A stretch of 37,662 nt of DNA. Source: Sedimentisphaerales bacterium. Its GTDB lineage: Bacteria; Planctomycetota; Phycisphaerae; Sedimentisphaerales; SM23-30. The number at the start of each line of letters is the position of its first letter. Position 1 is the first letter of the stretch. Both the position numbers and the translations under genes were made by a program. A model generated the notes under the pieces. That model saw nothing but the letters and a program-made list of their open reading frames with translations. It ran no database searches and had not been told where the DNA came from. Shown piece by piece: positions 9,118-19,044 of the stretch. The DNA is taken from contig CAXXMR010000004.1 of assembly GCA_963663805.2 (NCBI GenBank), positions 1 through 37,662 of the forward strand, read 5' to 3'.

Positions 9118-10156
9118 GGCGGGTCTGTCCCGGCTGGGCGAGGTTTTCGCTGACAAGAAGCATCTGCTGGTGGTTTTGCAGGACAATCCTGACCCAGATT
9201 CTCTGGCGGCGGCGGTGGCTTTGCGGGAGCTGGGTCGTCATCTGGCGGATGTTGATTGCGTGTTAGGTCACGGCGGTACGGTTGGTCGGGCGGAGAATCG
9301 GGCTTTGGTGCGTTATCTAGGTCTGAATCTTCGTCAGATAAAGGAACTGGATTTGCTTCAGTTTGATGTGGTGGGTATGGTCGATACTCAGCCGGGTACG
9401 GGCAATAATTCCTGGCCTGCGGACGCTGCTCTGGATATTGTTTTTGACCATCACAGTTTTAATCCGCAGACTGAGCAGGCGGGTTTTCATGATATCCGCA
9501 AGGAATACGGGGCGGCAACGACGATATTGTGGGAATATATGCAGGCGGCGTCACTGGAGCCTGATACGCCTCTGGCGACAGGGATGATTTACGCGATACG
9601 TTCGGATACTCAAGATTTGGGACGTGAGGCTCGACAGGCTGATATAATCGCGATTCAGAATCTTTATCCTCTGGCGAATCTGCGTATGCTCAGCGAGATT
9701 CAGCGGGGGCGGGTTACTCGTGAATATTACGTTATGCTGGCGGCGGGCCTGAGCAGTGCGGAATTTTATGGAGATTCGGTTGTGGCTTTTCTGGGTGATA
9801 TAACCGTTCCGGATATGATAGGCGAGGTGGCGGATTTACTGCTGCGGGATGAGCAGGCGGCGTGGTCGTTGTGTATGGGCGTGTTCGATGCCAAATTGCT
9901 GCTGTCTTTGCGAACGGTGCATAATAATCAGTCGGCGGAAAAAGTGATGAAGAAGCTGGTAGCCCGGCGGGGTACGGGCGGTGGTCATCAGCGGATGGCC
10001 GGCGGTCAGATTCCGCTGACGGAGGGAATGACGGAAAAAGATTTGCGCAAACTTCTGCGTATGCTGCGGGAAAAATATCTTCATCTGACCGATGCCGAAG
10101 GTCAGGAGGCCGTCAAGCTGGTTCCGGTGTCAACGACAGACATAGAGCGAGAATGA
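9098..10156 (+). CDS. DHH/DHHA1-family phosphoesterase (NrnA-like)
   Basis: DNPDPDS, VDTQ, FDHH, ATTIL, SDT and GGGH motifs. ATG 9098 overlaps the end of the preceding gene. Confidence 0.9.
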   Translation: MNLDKSKAGLSRLGEVFADKKHLLVVLQDNPDPDSLAAAVALRELGRHLADVDCVLGHGGTVGRAENRALVRYLGLNLRQIKELDLLQFDVVGMVDTQPGTGNNSWPADAALDIVFDHHSFNPQTEQAGFHDIRKEYGAATTILWEYMQAASLEPDTPLATGMIYAIRSDTQDLGREARQADIIAIQNLYPLANLRMLSEIQRGRVTREYYVMLAAGLSSAEFYGDSVVAFLGDITVPDMIGEVADLLLRDEQAAWSLCMGVFDAKLLLSLRTVHNNQSAEKVMKKLVARRGTGGGHQRMAGGQIPLTEGMTEKDLRKLLRMLREKYLHLTDAEGQEAVKLVPVSTTDIERE

Positions 10157-10162
10157 ACGACA

Positions 10163-10870
10163 GTGACAGAAAAGAAACGATATTCCGGTTTTACTTTGGT
10201 TGAGGTGCTTCTGGCTACCGGTGTGGGAGTATTGCTGGTGCTTATGGCGGTGGGGATTTTTCGTTCGGTGGTAAATAATCGCGAGCGTCTGACTTCTTAC
10301 TCGGAGGTATCGTCCCTGAGTCGTTATGCCCTGAATAAAATCCGTGACGACCTGGCTAATTTGTATACTTCCAGCCCCCCATGGTATCGTCTGGAAGGTG
10401 AAAGTATGGGGACTGCCGATGCCCGTTCGGACCGGATACGTTTTAACGCGGTTGGCGAGGAACTGAATATTGAAGGCAAGATAAGCGATATATATGAAAT
10501 TGAATATGGCCTGGCCTATGATGAGCAAAAAGGTGCCAAGGTTCTGACTCGCCGGACTGGTGCCGTTGCCGACGCGAATACTGGTAATAAAGGCGGTTAT
10601 TTGATGTCGCTGGCGGCGGGGGTAAGCGGTTTGAGCTTTGAGTATTATAGTGACGGTTTGTGGAAGAATATCTGGCAGAATCGTGATAAGGCCCCGGAGC
10701 GGGTTCGGGTAACTTTGATGATGGCGACTAATGATAATCCTGCCGCGGCGTTGCGGTTCAGCCGGGAAATAACTTTGCGTCAGGTTTGTTCTGAAGGCGC
10801 TCATGCCGCTGAGTTCCAGGATTCAGTCAGAGAGCCTGTAGCGGTGCCGGGGGCGGTCGATGTTGAATAA
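10163..10870 (+). CDS. Type II secretion minor pseudopilin, GspJ-like
   Basis: SG|FTLVE motif, ALNKIRDDLANL, and C-terminal LSFEYYSDGLWKNIW...PERVRVTL typical of GspJ. Confidence 0.82.
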   Translation: MTEKKRYSGFTLVEVLLATGVGVLLVLMAVGIFRSVVNNRERLTSYSEVSSLSRYALNKIRDDLANLYTSSPPWYRLEGESMGTADARSDRIRFNAVGEELNIEGKISDIYEIEYGLAYDEQKGAKVLTRRTGAVADANTGNKGGYLMSLAAGVSGLSFEYYSDGLWKNIWQNRDKAPERVRVTLMMATNDNPAAALRFSREITLRQVCSEGAHAAEFQDSVREPVAVPGAVDVE

Positions 10871-12251
10871 GCGATATTATAAAAGTCGCGGCGTTGTACT
10901 GTTGCTGGTGCTTTGGCTGTTGATAGTGATGACGGTGGTGGTTTTGTCGCTGACGCAGATGACCAAGGTGGATAACGCTGTTCATCTGGTCGAAGCAGAC
11001 AAGGTTCAAGCTCGCTGGCTAGCCCGGGCCGGGGTCAATCGTGCTTTGGCGGAACTGAGTCGGGACAAAACTGATACGGATAATATGGGGGACAGTTGGT
11101 ACGATAACGCCGGTGCTTTTGGCGATGTGGATTTATTGGGGGGCAGTTACAGGGTTTACGCGGACCGGCTTGAGAATAATCAGCAGTGGTCCTACGGATT
11201 GATAGATGAAGCGAGCAAAGTTAATGTTCAGGTTGCCGACCGCGAAACGCTTTTGCAAGTGCCTGGCATGAGTGAGGCATTAGTCGAGGCGATTGTCAGG
11301 CAGCGGACGGACGGACGACGGGCCGGGGAAGCCGCGGCTGACTCGGTTGGGTCTGAGACAGTTTTTTTTGAGACCTTACGGCTGGCCGGTGCCTTGGGCG
11401 ATGCCAAGGTTTTTTATGGTGAAGATCGTAACTATAACGGAATTCTGGAAAATAACGAAAATGACCGTGCCGAATCCGCCCCGGCTGACAACGCCGATGG
11501 TTTGCTGGACCGGGGGGTTATGGCATATCTGACGCCTTACTCGTTTGACCGTGAAGTCGATGGGCAGGGGCAGGATCGTTTGAATATCAATTCCGCTGAT
11601 GAAGATGGATTGCGAGAAAAGCTTAATATTTCCGCCGGCGAAGCCCTCTGGATATTTGAGCATCAGGGCGGTTTTGTGAGTATCGGTGATATTCTTGATG
11701 AGAATGTCGATTTGTCAATGGCAAGCAGTATCAGTGTGGAGTTGGCCAGTACGGGGACAGCCGCAAAAACTCAGCCTGCGGGGGCGACACCGGCGGTTCG
11801 TACGACTGCGACTAATGAAAATAATTCTGAAGGCGCCAAAGCTCAGGAGGAAGAAATCGAGCCGGTTCGCCCCGGCTTGCGGACGTTCATCAGTATCGCC
11901 GACCGGATTAAGGTTACTGATGACGATGTGGTGCGGGGGCGAATCAATATCAATACCGCAAGCCGTGAGGTTTTGCGGTGTCTGCCGGAGGTTGACGAAA
12001 AGATGGCTGAGCAGATTTACCTTTATCGCCGCGGTCGAGGCGGTTTTGATACTGTCGCGGGTTTGTTAAGTGTGCCGGGAATCAAGGTTGGCCAGTTTCG
12101 CGAGATGGTGAATTATGTCACGGTTCGCAGTAATGTTTTTACGATTCGTTCGCGGGGCAAGGCTGAACGTACCGGCCTGACACACACCGTTGAAGCTGTT
12201 GTCAGACGTACCGACCGGAAGCTGGAGATTATTTACTGGCGTGAAGATTAG
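10860..12251 (+). CDS. GspK-like pseudopilin with ComEA-like helix-hairpin-helix units
   Basis: RG|VVLLLVLW, QARWLARAGV, DEASKVNV, ININTAS..LRCLPEV..AEQIY.YR..GGF, TVRSNVFTIRS, and ending IIYWRED. Confidence 0.85.
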   Translation: MLNKRYYKSRGVVLLLVLWLLIVMTVVVLSLTQMTKVDNAVHLVEADKVQARWLARAGVNRALAELSRDKTDTDNMGDSWYDNAGAFGDVDLLGGSYRVYADRLENNQQWSYGLIDEASKVNVQVADRETLLQVPGMSEALVEAIVRQRTDGRRAGEAAADSVGSETVFFETLRLAGALGDAKVFYGEDRNYNGILENNENDRAESAPADNADGLLDRGVMAYLTPYSFDREVDGQGQDRLNINSADEDGLREKLNISAGEALWIFEHQGGFVSIGDILDENVDLSMASSISVELASTGTAAKTQPAGATPAVRTTATNENNSEGAKAQEEEIEPVRPGLRTFISIADRIKVTDDDVVRGRININTASREVLRCLPEVDEKMAEQIYLYRRGRGGFDTVAGLLSVPGIKVGQFREMVNYVTVRSNVFTIRSRGKAERTGLTHTVEAVVRRTDRKLEIIYWRED

Positions 12252-13249
12252 ACCGGATACCAGTTTTTAACCGTGCGATAAAATTCTTCACAGTTTTTGA
12301 CAGCGACCAGTTCGCGGCGGACTTTGTTGCGTTCGGGGTGGCGTCGGGCGTAGTTGACGGCGAATTTGCGGAAATAACCTATAGTCTTCTTCGCGTCGTA
12401 AAGTTCCAGCAAACCATTGAAATGGTCAAGTATGGTTTGTCCCTGTTCGGCCAAAGACGGCTGTTCGGGCATCGGCTCACCATTGAGCAGGGCTCGTGCC
12501 TCGGAGAAAATCCACGGATTGCCGATAGCTCCCCGGGCGACGACAATGCCGTCGATACCCGTTTGCTCCAGTCTTCCCGCAATGTCCGCTGCCGACATAA
12601 TATCACCGCTGCCCAGTATTGTGGTTTGGCAGTAGCGTTGTTTGGCCTGAGCGACAATATCCCAGTTTGCCTGTCCCCGGAATCGGCAAGTTACCGCCCG
12701 GCCGTGAATGGCCAACCCGTCCAGCCCGGCCGGGGTGAGGGCATCGCAAATTTGCCAGAAGTTATCGTTGTTAGTCGGGCTATTGTAGCCGATACGAATT
12801 TTGACCGTAAGCGGACAGCTAATCGCTTCGCGTACCCGGTGAAAAATCTCAATCGCCAATTCCGGCGTATTCAAAAGGTATCCGCCCCGTTCTCGCCTGA
12901 GCACCTTCGGGGCGGGGCAGGCATAATTGAGGTCGATGAGGTCATAACCCAGTTCACACAATGCCCGCGCCGCCTGCGTCATCATGGCTGGGTCGGTTCC
13001 CAACAATTGGGCCCCGACAGGATGTTCATCTTCGCCGGGCAGGAAAGATTTCTGTTTAATCACTTTGGGATGGCAGCAGCTTTTGGCGAGCATAACCCCG
13101 GCAAAAGTAAACGGTACGCCATGGCGACGCGAGATGTTGCGCATCGCCCGATCGGTATAACCGCTGAGCGGGGCCTGAATGAAAGGCGTGTCCAGCGTGA
13201 TATTGCCGAGTTTCAATTGTTTGTTTTTTTGCTGGTCGGACATAGTCAT
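12248..13249 (-). CDS. dusB: tRNA-dihydrouridine synthase (DusB-type)
   Basis: APLSGYTD, DLNYACP, TVKIRIG, IHGR, GSGDI and ARGAIGNPWIF motifs; start at 13249 or 13243. Confidence 0.88.
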   Translation of the reverse strand: MTMSDQQKNKQLKLGNITLDTPFIQAPLSGYTDRAMRNISRRHGVPFTFAGVMLAKSCCHPKVIKQKSFLPGEDEHPVGAQLLGTDPAMMTQAARALCELGYDLIDLNYACPAPKVLRRERGGYLLNTPELAIEIFHRVREAISCPLTVKIRIGYNSPTNNDNFWQICDALTPAGLDGLAIHGRAVTCRFRGQANWDIVAQAKQRYCQTTILGSGDIMSAADIAGRLEQTGIDGIVVARGAIGNPWIFSEARALLNGEPMPEQPSLAEQGQTILDHFNGLLELYDAKKTIGYFRKFAVNYARRHPERNKVRRELVAVKNCEEFYRTVKNWYPV

Positions 13250-13430
13250 TTTCCGGTTGTCACTGTTGGCCCATTGGTTTGGGTCACAAGGGGGAGATTT
13301 TAACCCGGTTCCGGCGTCACACAAGGCCAAAATAGTGTTTTTTGTAGTAGGGCCGGGGTGTTGTTTCAGGATAAAATATTCGTAACTGACTTGCTGCGTG
13401 AAAGTTACAGGTAGCATCCGGGTTTTGTCA

Positions 13431-13459
13431 TTGCCGGGCGTGGATAATGGTAATATACT
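13431..13459 (+). promoter_or_regulatory. Putative sigma70 promoter for the 13520 lipoprotein gene
   Basis: TTGCCG-N17-TATACT. Confidence 0.55.
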
Positions 13460-13519
13460 TATGTGGTTGTTTGCTTAGTCTTTGACGGCTGGATGCTGCC
13501 CGTATGAAGGAAGATAATT

Positions 13520-13924
13520 ATGACGACGAGAAGAATGATTAGAAAATTGGACCGGCTGATGGGTTGCACTTTGATTATGATTGCGGTCTTGCTGTCGGGT
13601 TGTCAAAGTGCCAAGCAGATTCGCACTGAGCAATTGTCCAATCAGATTGACCCGCTAATTGGTCAGGCTGGTCGGGAGGAAGTCGCTCGCCTCTTCGGTG
13701 TGCCGGACAACAAAATAACTGTCGGCGAATCGGAGTTCTGGGAATATAAGATGCGTTACGGCAAACGCGGTCATCAGACTTTCGATACTTATAACACCCC
13801 TCTGGGCAAGCGTGATTTTTACGGTTACAGCTATACCGACGAGCGGGAAGTGTTTGACGAAATTTCATTTGAGTTTGACGGTCAGGGGATTTTGCGGTCC
13901 TGGCGCTGCGATGTGCAGCGTTGA
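13520..13924 (+). CDS. Small lipoprotein (SmpA/BamE-like fold possible)
   Basis: Lipobox LLSG-C; G...EEV..LFG.P...EFWEY...FEFD..GIL pattern; GAAGGA RBS. Confidence 0.7.
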   Translation: MTTRRMIRKLDRLMGCTLIMIAVLLSGCQSAKQIRTEQLSNQIDPLIGQAGREEVARLFGVPDNKITVGESEFWEYKMRYGKRGHQTFDTYNTPLGKRDFYGYSYTDEREVFDEISFEFDGQGILRSWRCDVQR

Positions 13925-13977
13925 GGCGATGAGGGGGGCGGGTATGTTTTCCCATCTTTATGCGAGGTTAAATTAGT

Positions 13978-15765
13978 TTGAGCGAATCACTTGAACGGCG
14001 GATAACCGAGGAGCTGCTCGGCCGGGTCCAGGGGCCCGGTCAGTATGTTGGCGGTGAGATAAACCAAATCAAAAAAGACTGGCAGGATTGTGCCGTGCGC
14101 GTTGCTCTGGGCTTTCCGGATACTTACGGTATCGGGATGAGCCATCTGGGTTTGGCGATTCTTTATGAGGTTCTTAACCGCAAGCAGAATGTGTTGGCAG
14201 AGCGGGTGTTTTGTCCGTGGCTAGACGCGGAAAAGGTTATGCGTGATAAGGACATTCCGCTTTTTTCCTGGGAGAGCCGCCGGGCGGTTCGTGATTTCGA
14301 CATACTGGGCATAACCTTGCAGCATGAGCTGTCTTTCAGTAACGTACTTTATATGCTCGATTTAGCCGGTATTACCGCCCGTGCCGAACAGCGAAAAGAA
14401 GATGAACCTCTCGTCATGGGCGGCGGACCTATCGCTGACAGTTGCGAACCGGTAGCGGAATTTTTTGATTTGATAATTCTCGGCGACGGCGAGGATTCTT
14501 TGCCTGCTGTGATTGATGCTTACGTGCGTTTGCGTAATGAAAATCTTTCGCGGCGAGAACTGCTTATAGGGTTGGCCCGTGAATTTGAGTTTGTTTATGT
14601 GCCTGGTCTTTATGAATGCGACTATAATAATGAGGGCCGCCTAACTAAATGTGCCCCGACAGTTCAAGGTATACCAACTTGTGTCCAAAGAGCTCAGGTT
14701 GAGAATCTGGAGGAAACGGTTTTCCCCACCGCTCCGATTGTCGCTAATACCGAAACGGTTCATGACAGAATCGCGATTGAGGTTATGCGCGGCTGTCCGG
14801 GGCGCTGTGCTTTTTGTCATGCCGGGCATACCAAGGGCAAACTTCGCTGGCGCAGTGTCGAGAAAATCGAAGAAATCGCCGAGCAGAGTTTTCGCTCCAC
14901 CGGGCACGATACAATATCTCTGCTCAGCCTTTCCACCAGTGACTATCCCGAACTGAGACGCCTGCTGGAGTGTTTATACAGTCGATTTGAAGGATGCCAT
15001 GTAGGTATTTCACTGCCTTCCCTGCGAGTTGATAAACAGCTTCACGAAGTGCCCTCCCAGGTTACCGGCGTGCGGCGGGAGGGGCTTACGGTCGCTGTTG
15101 AGTCTGCCTCCGACCGGATTCGACAAGCCATTGGCAAGCAGGTAACCGACGCTGATTTGCGGGCGACCATGCGGGCGGCTTTTGAGGCGGGCTGGAAGAA
15201 GGTCAAGTTGTATTTTATGGTAGGCTTCCCCGGCGAGACCGACGAGGATATTTTGGGCATCCTCAAACTTGCCGCGGATATTTCCGCCCTGCGTCGCGAA
15301 GTTTGCGGCGAGCCCGCTTCGGTCAATGCCGCGGTTTCGTGGCTGGTACCCAAACCTCACACACCGCTGGCCTGGTCTGGCCAGGGCGATTTAGAGTATT
15401 TTCTGCGGGCCAAACGGATGCTGCTTAATGAACGTCGCAATCTGCGTAAGGTCAATGTCGCGTTGAAATTTCATCACATGGAGCGTTCGATTCTCGAAGC
15501 GGCCTTTTCCCGCGGCGACCGACGTCTGAGCCGGGTACTGGAATCGGCCTATGCTCAAGGAGCCCGGTTTGACGACTGGAATGAGTGTTTCAGTTTTGAG
15601 CGTTACGAACAAGCCTTTCGGCAGTACGGCCTGGATATAGCTTTCTTCGCTCAACGCCCGCGTGACGAAGATGAAATACTGCCCTGGGACCACCTGGCCG
15701 GCGATAATCGCCCAGGCCTGCACCGCCGCTGGCAAATCATCCAAAAAAGGTGCCTGACACAATAG
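13978..15765 (+). CDS. TIGR03960-type B12-binding radical SAM protein
   Basis: PGQYVGGE, FPDTYGIGMSHLG, EVMRGCPGRCAFC (CxxxCxxC), SLPSLR, KLYFMVG.P.ET, PKPHTP and LPWDH motifs. Confidence 0.92.
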   Translation: MSESLERRITEELLGRVQGPGQYVGGEINQIKKDWQDCAVRVALGFPDTYGIGMSHLGLAILYEVLNRKQNVLAERVFCPWLDAEKVMRDKDIPLFSWESRRAVRDFDILGITLQHELSFSNVLYMLDLAGITARAEQRKEDEPLVMGGGPIADSCEPVAEFFDLIILGDGEDSLPAVIDAYVRLRNENLSRRELLIGLAREFEFVYVPGLYECDYNNEGRLTKCAPTVQGIPTCVQRAQVENLEETVFPTAPIVANTETVHDRIAIEVMRGCPGRCAFCHAGHTKGKLRWRSVEKIEEIAEQSFRSTGHDTISLLSLSTSDYPELRRLLECLYSRFEGCHVGISLPSLRVDKQLHEVPSQVTGVRREGLTVAVESASDRIRQAIGKQVTDADLRATMRAAFEAGWKKVKLYFMVGFPGETDEDILGILKLAADISALRREVCGEPASVNAAVSWLVPKPHTPLAWSGQGDLEYFLRAKRMLLNERRNLRKVNVALKFHHMERSILEAAFSRGDRRLSRVLESAYAQGARFDDWNECFSFERYEQAFRQYGLDIAFFAQRPRDEDEILPWDHLAGDNRPGLHRRWQIIQKRCLTQ

Positions 15766-15901
15766 TACCTGGCACGGCGATCGCTCCTGTCTGGACACAT
15801 CTGATTTTTATACATTATTATCTTACTTTAATCTATTTCAAATTAGTCTAATTCGATTAAAATAGCCTATGATATTATGGTTTAATTGGAAAGGATTGAA
15901 C

Positions 15902-17330
15902 GTGAACGATCGCAGAGATTTCCTAAAAAGCATGACACTGGCAATAGGGACCGGGGCGGTTCTGAGTGGTTGTGGGGATTCCGGCGGGTCGGGTTTTGGG
16001 CTGTTGCGTTCGCGGGGGAGATTCAATATGTCGGGGTATTGCGCCCCCCAAAATACCGACTGTGCGGGTTGGTTTTATTGGGCTGGGGATGCGTGGGCCG
16101 GGCGCGGTTAAGCGTATGACTCACATTGAAGGTGTCGAAATTGTCGCGATTTGTGATAAGCGGAAATCCTGCACCGACAAGGTAGAGCAAACACTCGCTG
16201 AGGCGGGCGTTCCCAAACCAGCTGTTTATTGTGGAAGTGAAGACGCCTGGAAAGAAATGTGTCAACGGAACGACCTCGACCTGATTTACATATCCACTCC
16301 GTGGGAGCTTCATACGCCGATGTCGGTTTACGCGATGGAACATGGCAAACACGCGGCGACGGAAGTGCCAGCGGCATTGACAATTGATGAATGCTGGCAG
16401 TTGGTGGAGACATCCGAACGCACGAAGAAACATTGCGTTATTCTGGAAAACTGCTGCTATGACTTTTTTGAGATGCTGACCTTGAATATGGTTCGTCAGG
16501 GACTGTTCGGCGAGCTGGTTCATGGCGAGGGAGCTTATATTCATCATCTGGTTGATTTGATGTTTGATAAGAACGGGTATGCGGACATGTGGCGGATTAA
16601 GGAGAATGGCCGACATAACGGTAATCTTTATCCTACGCATGGATTGGGTCCGATCTGTCAGTGCATGGATATTAACCGGGGCGACCGTCTGGATTATCTT
16701 ACGAGTATGAGCAGTAATGATTTCACCTTGAACGCCAAAGCCAAAGAGCTATCGGCAACCGATAGCTATTACGACCAGTTTGTTGACAAGCCTTATCGCG
16801 GGAATATGAATCTGACTTTGATTCGGACTGCAAAAGGCAGGACAATCAGTGTTCAGCATGATGTAAGTTCTCCGCGGCCTTATTCGCGGATTCATCTGCT
16901 TTCTGGCACAGAAGGTTTCGCACAGAAATGGCCCAAACAGCACATTGCTTTCGGTCATGAAGTAGCTTCCAATGAGAAGCTGAAAGAGTTATACGAACAA
17001 TATTCGCCGGAGATCGTAACGCAAATCGGGCAGATGGCCAAGAAAGTCGGCGGGCATGGAGGCATGGATTTCCTGATGGACTGGTCGCTGATAAACTCGT
17101 TGCGGAATGGGCTACCGGTTGACATGGACTGCTATGACGCGGCGTTGTGGTCGTGCATTACTCCGTTGTCAATAAAGTCGGTTGGCAAACGGTCCTGTCC
17201 TATCGACATACCAGACTTTACCTGCGGTCACTGGAAAACAAATCAGCCGGTGGCACTGGAACTGGCGGCGGTGACCGGAGTACATGGGATCGATAAGGCT
17301 GATTCTTCGGGTCAGTTAAATGTCAAATAA
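15902..17330 (+). CDS. Tat-exported Gfo/Idh/MocA oxidoreductase, GH109 (alpha-N-acetylgalactosaminidase-like); indel at about 16045
   Basis: Tat motif DRRDFLK after an AAGGA RBS; GFIGLGMRG, TPWELH, EVPAA, LENCCY, YPTHG, PRPYSR and GGHGGMD motifs. The frame break falls in a C-run. Confidence 0.88.
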
Positions 17331-17553
17331 CCGCTGTTTTCGCCGAAAAACTTATGGAAACATTTTTTAATATTACCACCTTTTTTTTAAAAAAAAGTTA
17401 TGGGACGGGAATAACTATTTTTTTCAAAAAAACTACTCATCGCCTGCAATAATACAGCCAAATCCAATACCCCCACAATCACCAGGTCGTTCAACGTTAA
17501 AAATCGTCCGAAAACAGTGTTGTAGGTATTATTGTTATCTGACTTTTTTTTGG

Positions 17554-19025
17554 GCCTCTTTAAAAATATTCGTGGGTAAATACAGGTTCAGGTAATTTTG
17601 CAAGGTTATGATACAAAGCAACTTCCAACGTTTTGAATTCTCGAAAGCCGTAAGCTTTTCTGGTGGTCAGTTTGGCTTTGGCGTTCAGGCCCTCCACGAT
17701 CCCGGAGGAAAACTTCTTCTGGGCCTTAAACCAGTTCAGGATCAGCTCGCGATGATTGCGCAACATGCGAGCTACCTTCTTCATCGGCTCCAGACGAGAG
17801 CGCATTACCTTGACACACCATTTATCCAGAAAAACACCGGCCCAATAGGGGCTGATATAATCCCAGAAAAGCTGAAATTGTTCCTTCAGCAGATAACCTT
17901 TCACCGTTTTGAGATTGTACTGCAACAGTTCTCTCAAAGAAGCCTGTTGCGAATCCTGGAGATTTTCCGGGCGCTTCAGCAGCAGCCAGCGGCTCTTTTT
18001 CAGTACCGGCTCATAACCCTCACGCAGCAGTTCCTTCGATTCGCCGGCCCGAATTTCATCAAGCGACTTGTTCATATGCACCATAATATGAAAACGGTCC
18101 AGAACATGGATCGCCTGAGACGCTTTTTTGGCAATCACTTTCAGATAGGCTTTCCACATATCGCTGCACACAAATTCCAGTTGCCCGGCACGTTCTTTGC
18201 CCAGCCAGCGAAAGAACCGCAGCAGAGTCTTGGCGGTACGTTTTTCGCCTACCCACAACAGGCGTTTGCATTCTTTGTTGATCTGATAAACCACGGTAAT
18301 ATAACGATGGCCCCGGCCCCACTGCATTTCATCCACACCAATAGCGGTAATGCCGGCCATATCCATATGCTCCCGGCCCCAGGTCACCGCCATCTCTACG
18401 GAACTGAAAACCGTATGCCAACTGGTTCGGAAAGCTGCGGCTACTTCACTCCAATTCATCCGTTGAGCCCAGCGCGCCAGAAACCAACTGTAGGTTCGGG
18501 TAACCGGAGATTTGCCCTGAGCCCAGGGAACCCGTTCCACCTTGATGCCGCAGCGGGGGCAGTTTACTCGCCGCATGGCATAAACGAAATAAACCAGTAT
18601 GCCCCAGAAAGGCACAAACTCAAAGCGACGGGACGGCAAGGTGTCATAGCCGGAACATTTCCGGCCGCAATCGGAACAGACCGGACGACTGTTCTTACGC
18701 GACCGAAGGAATATATGCAGCTCTTTTTGCTTGCCGTTTTCGATCATTTTGTCGCTTTCATAAACAAAACCCTGGTACTTTTCAATTCGATTGAGTATAG
18801 TTTTAACCTGCATCCTGTGTCCTTTCTGCCAAGTGATATCTTTTGCAACAATACCATTTTGTCAGAAAGTTTCGCAGGATGCATTATTTATATTTCCACA
18901 AACTCCACCGGAAAAACCGCTCAATCCGCCAATCCGCCCTCTCTCGCCCAAAGGCTGGAGGCTAAATGGCGGGGTTTGGGGCAGAGCCCCAAGGATAAAA
19001 TACCCACAAATTATTCAGAAGAACC
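17554..19025 (-). mobile_element. Complete ISL3-family insertion sequence (about 1.47 kb)
   Basis: Imperfect 25-bp terminal IRs GCCTCTTTAAAAATATTCGTGGGTA / GGTTCTTCTGAATAATTTGTGGGTA. 8-bp direct repeat TTTTTTGG at 17546-17553 and 19026-19033. Encloses an intact transposase. Confidence 0.9.
17560..18813 (-). CDS. ISL3 family transposase
   Basis: Zn-finger CSDC..CPRC; DDE motifs IGVDE, CSDMW, DRFH and SSGIVEGLN..K...RKAYGFR. Confidence 0.95.
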   Translation of the reverse strand: MQVKTILNRIEKYQGFVYESDKMIENGKQKELHIFLRSRKNSRPVCSDCGRKCSGYDTLPSRRFEFVPFWGILVYFVYAMRRVNCPRCGIKVERVPWAQGKSPVTRTYSWFLARWAQRMNWSEVAAAFRTSWHTVFSSVEMAVTWGREHMDMAGITAIGVDEMQWGRGHRYITVVYQINKECKRLLWVGEKRTAKTLLRFFRWLGKERAGQLEFVCSDMWKAYLKVIAKKASQAIHVLDRFHIMVHMNKSLDEIRAGESKELLREGYEPVLKKSRWLLLKRPENLQDSQQASLRELLQYNLKTVKGYLLKEQFQLFWDYISPYWAGVFLDKWCVKVMRSRLEPMKKVARMLRNHRELILNWFKAQKKFSSGIVEGLNAKAKLTTRKAYGFREFKTLEVALYHNLAKLPEPVFTHEYF

Positions 19026-19044
19026 TTTTTTGGAAGGCGAAGAA

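Noticed and set aside
12338..13303. 321-aa + strand ORF
   Set aside because: Antisense shadow of dusB with no recognisable motifs.
13250..13417. N-terminal extension of dusB
   Set aside because: Dus similarity starts near LKLGNITL; the upstream part looks like UTR or promoter sequence.
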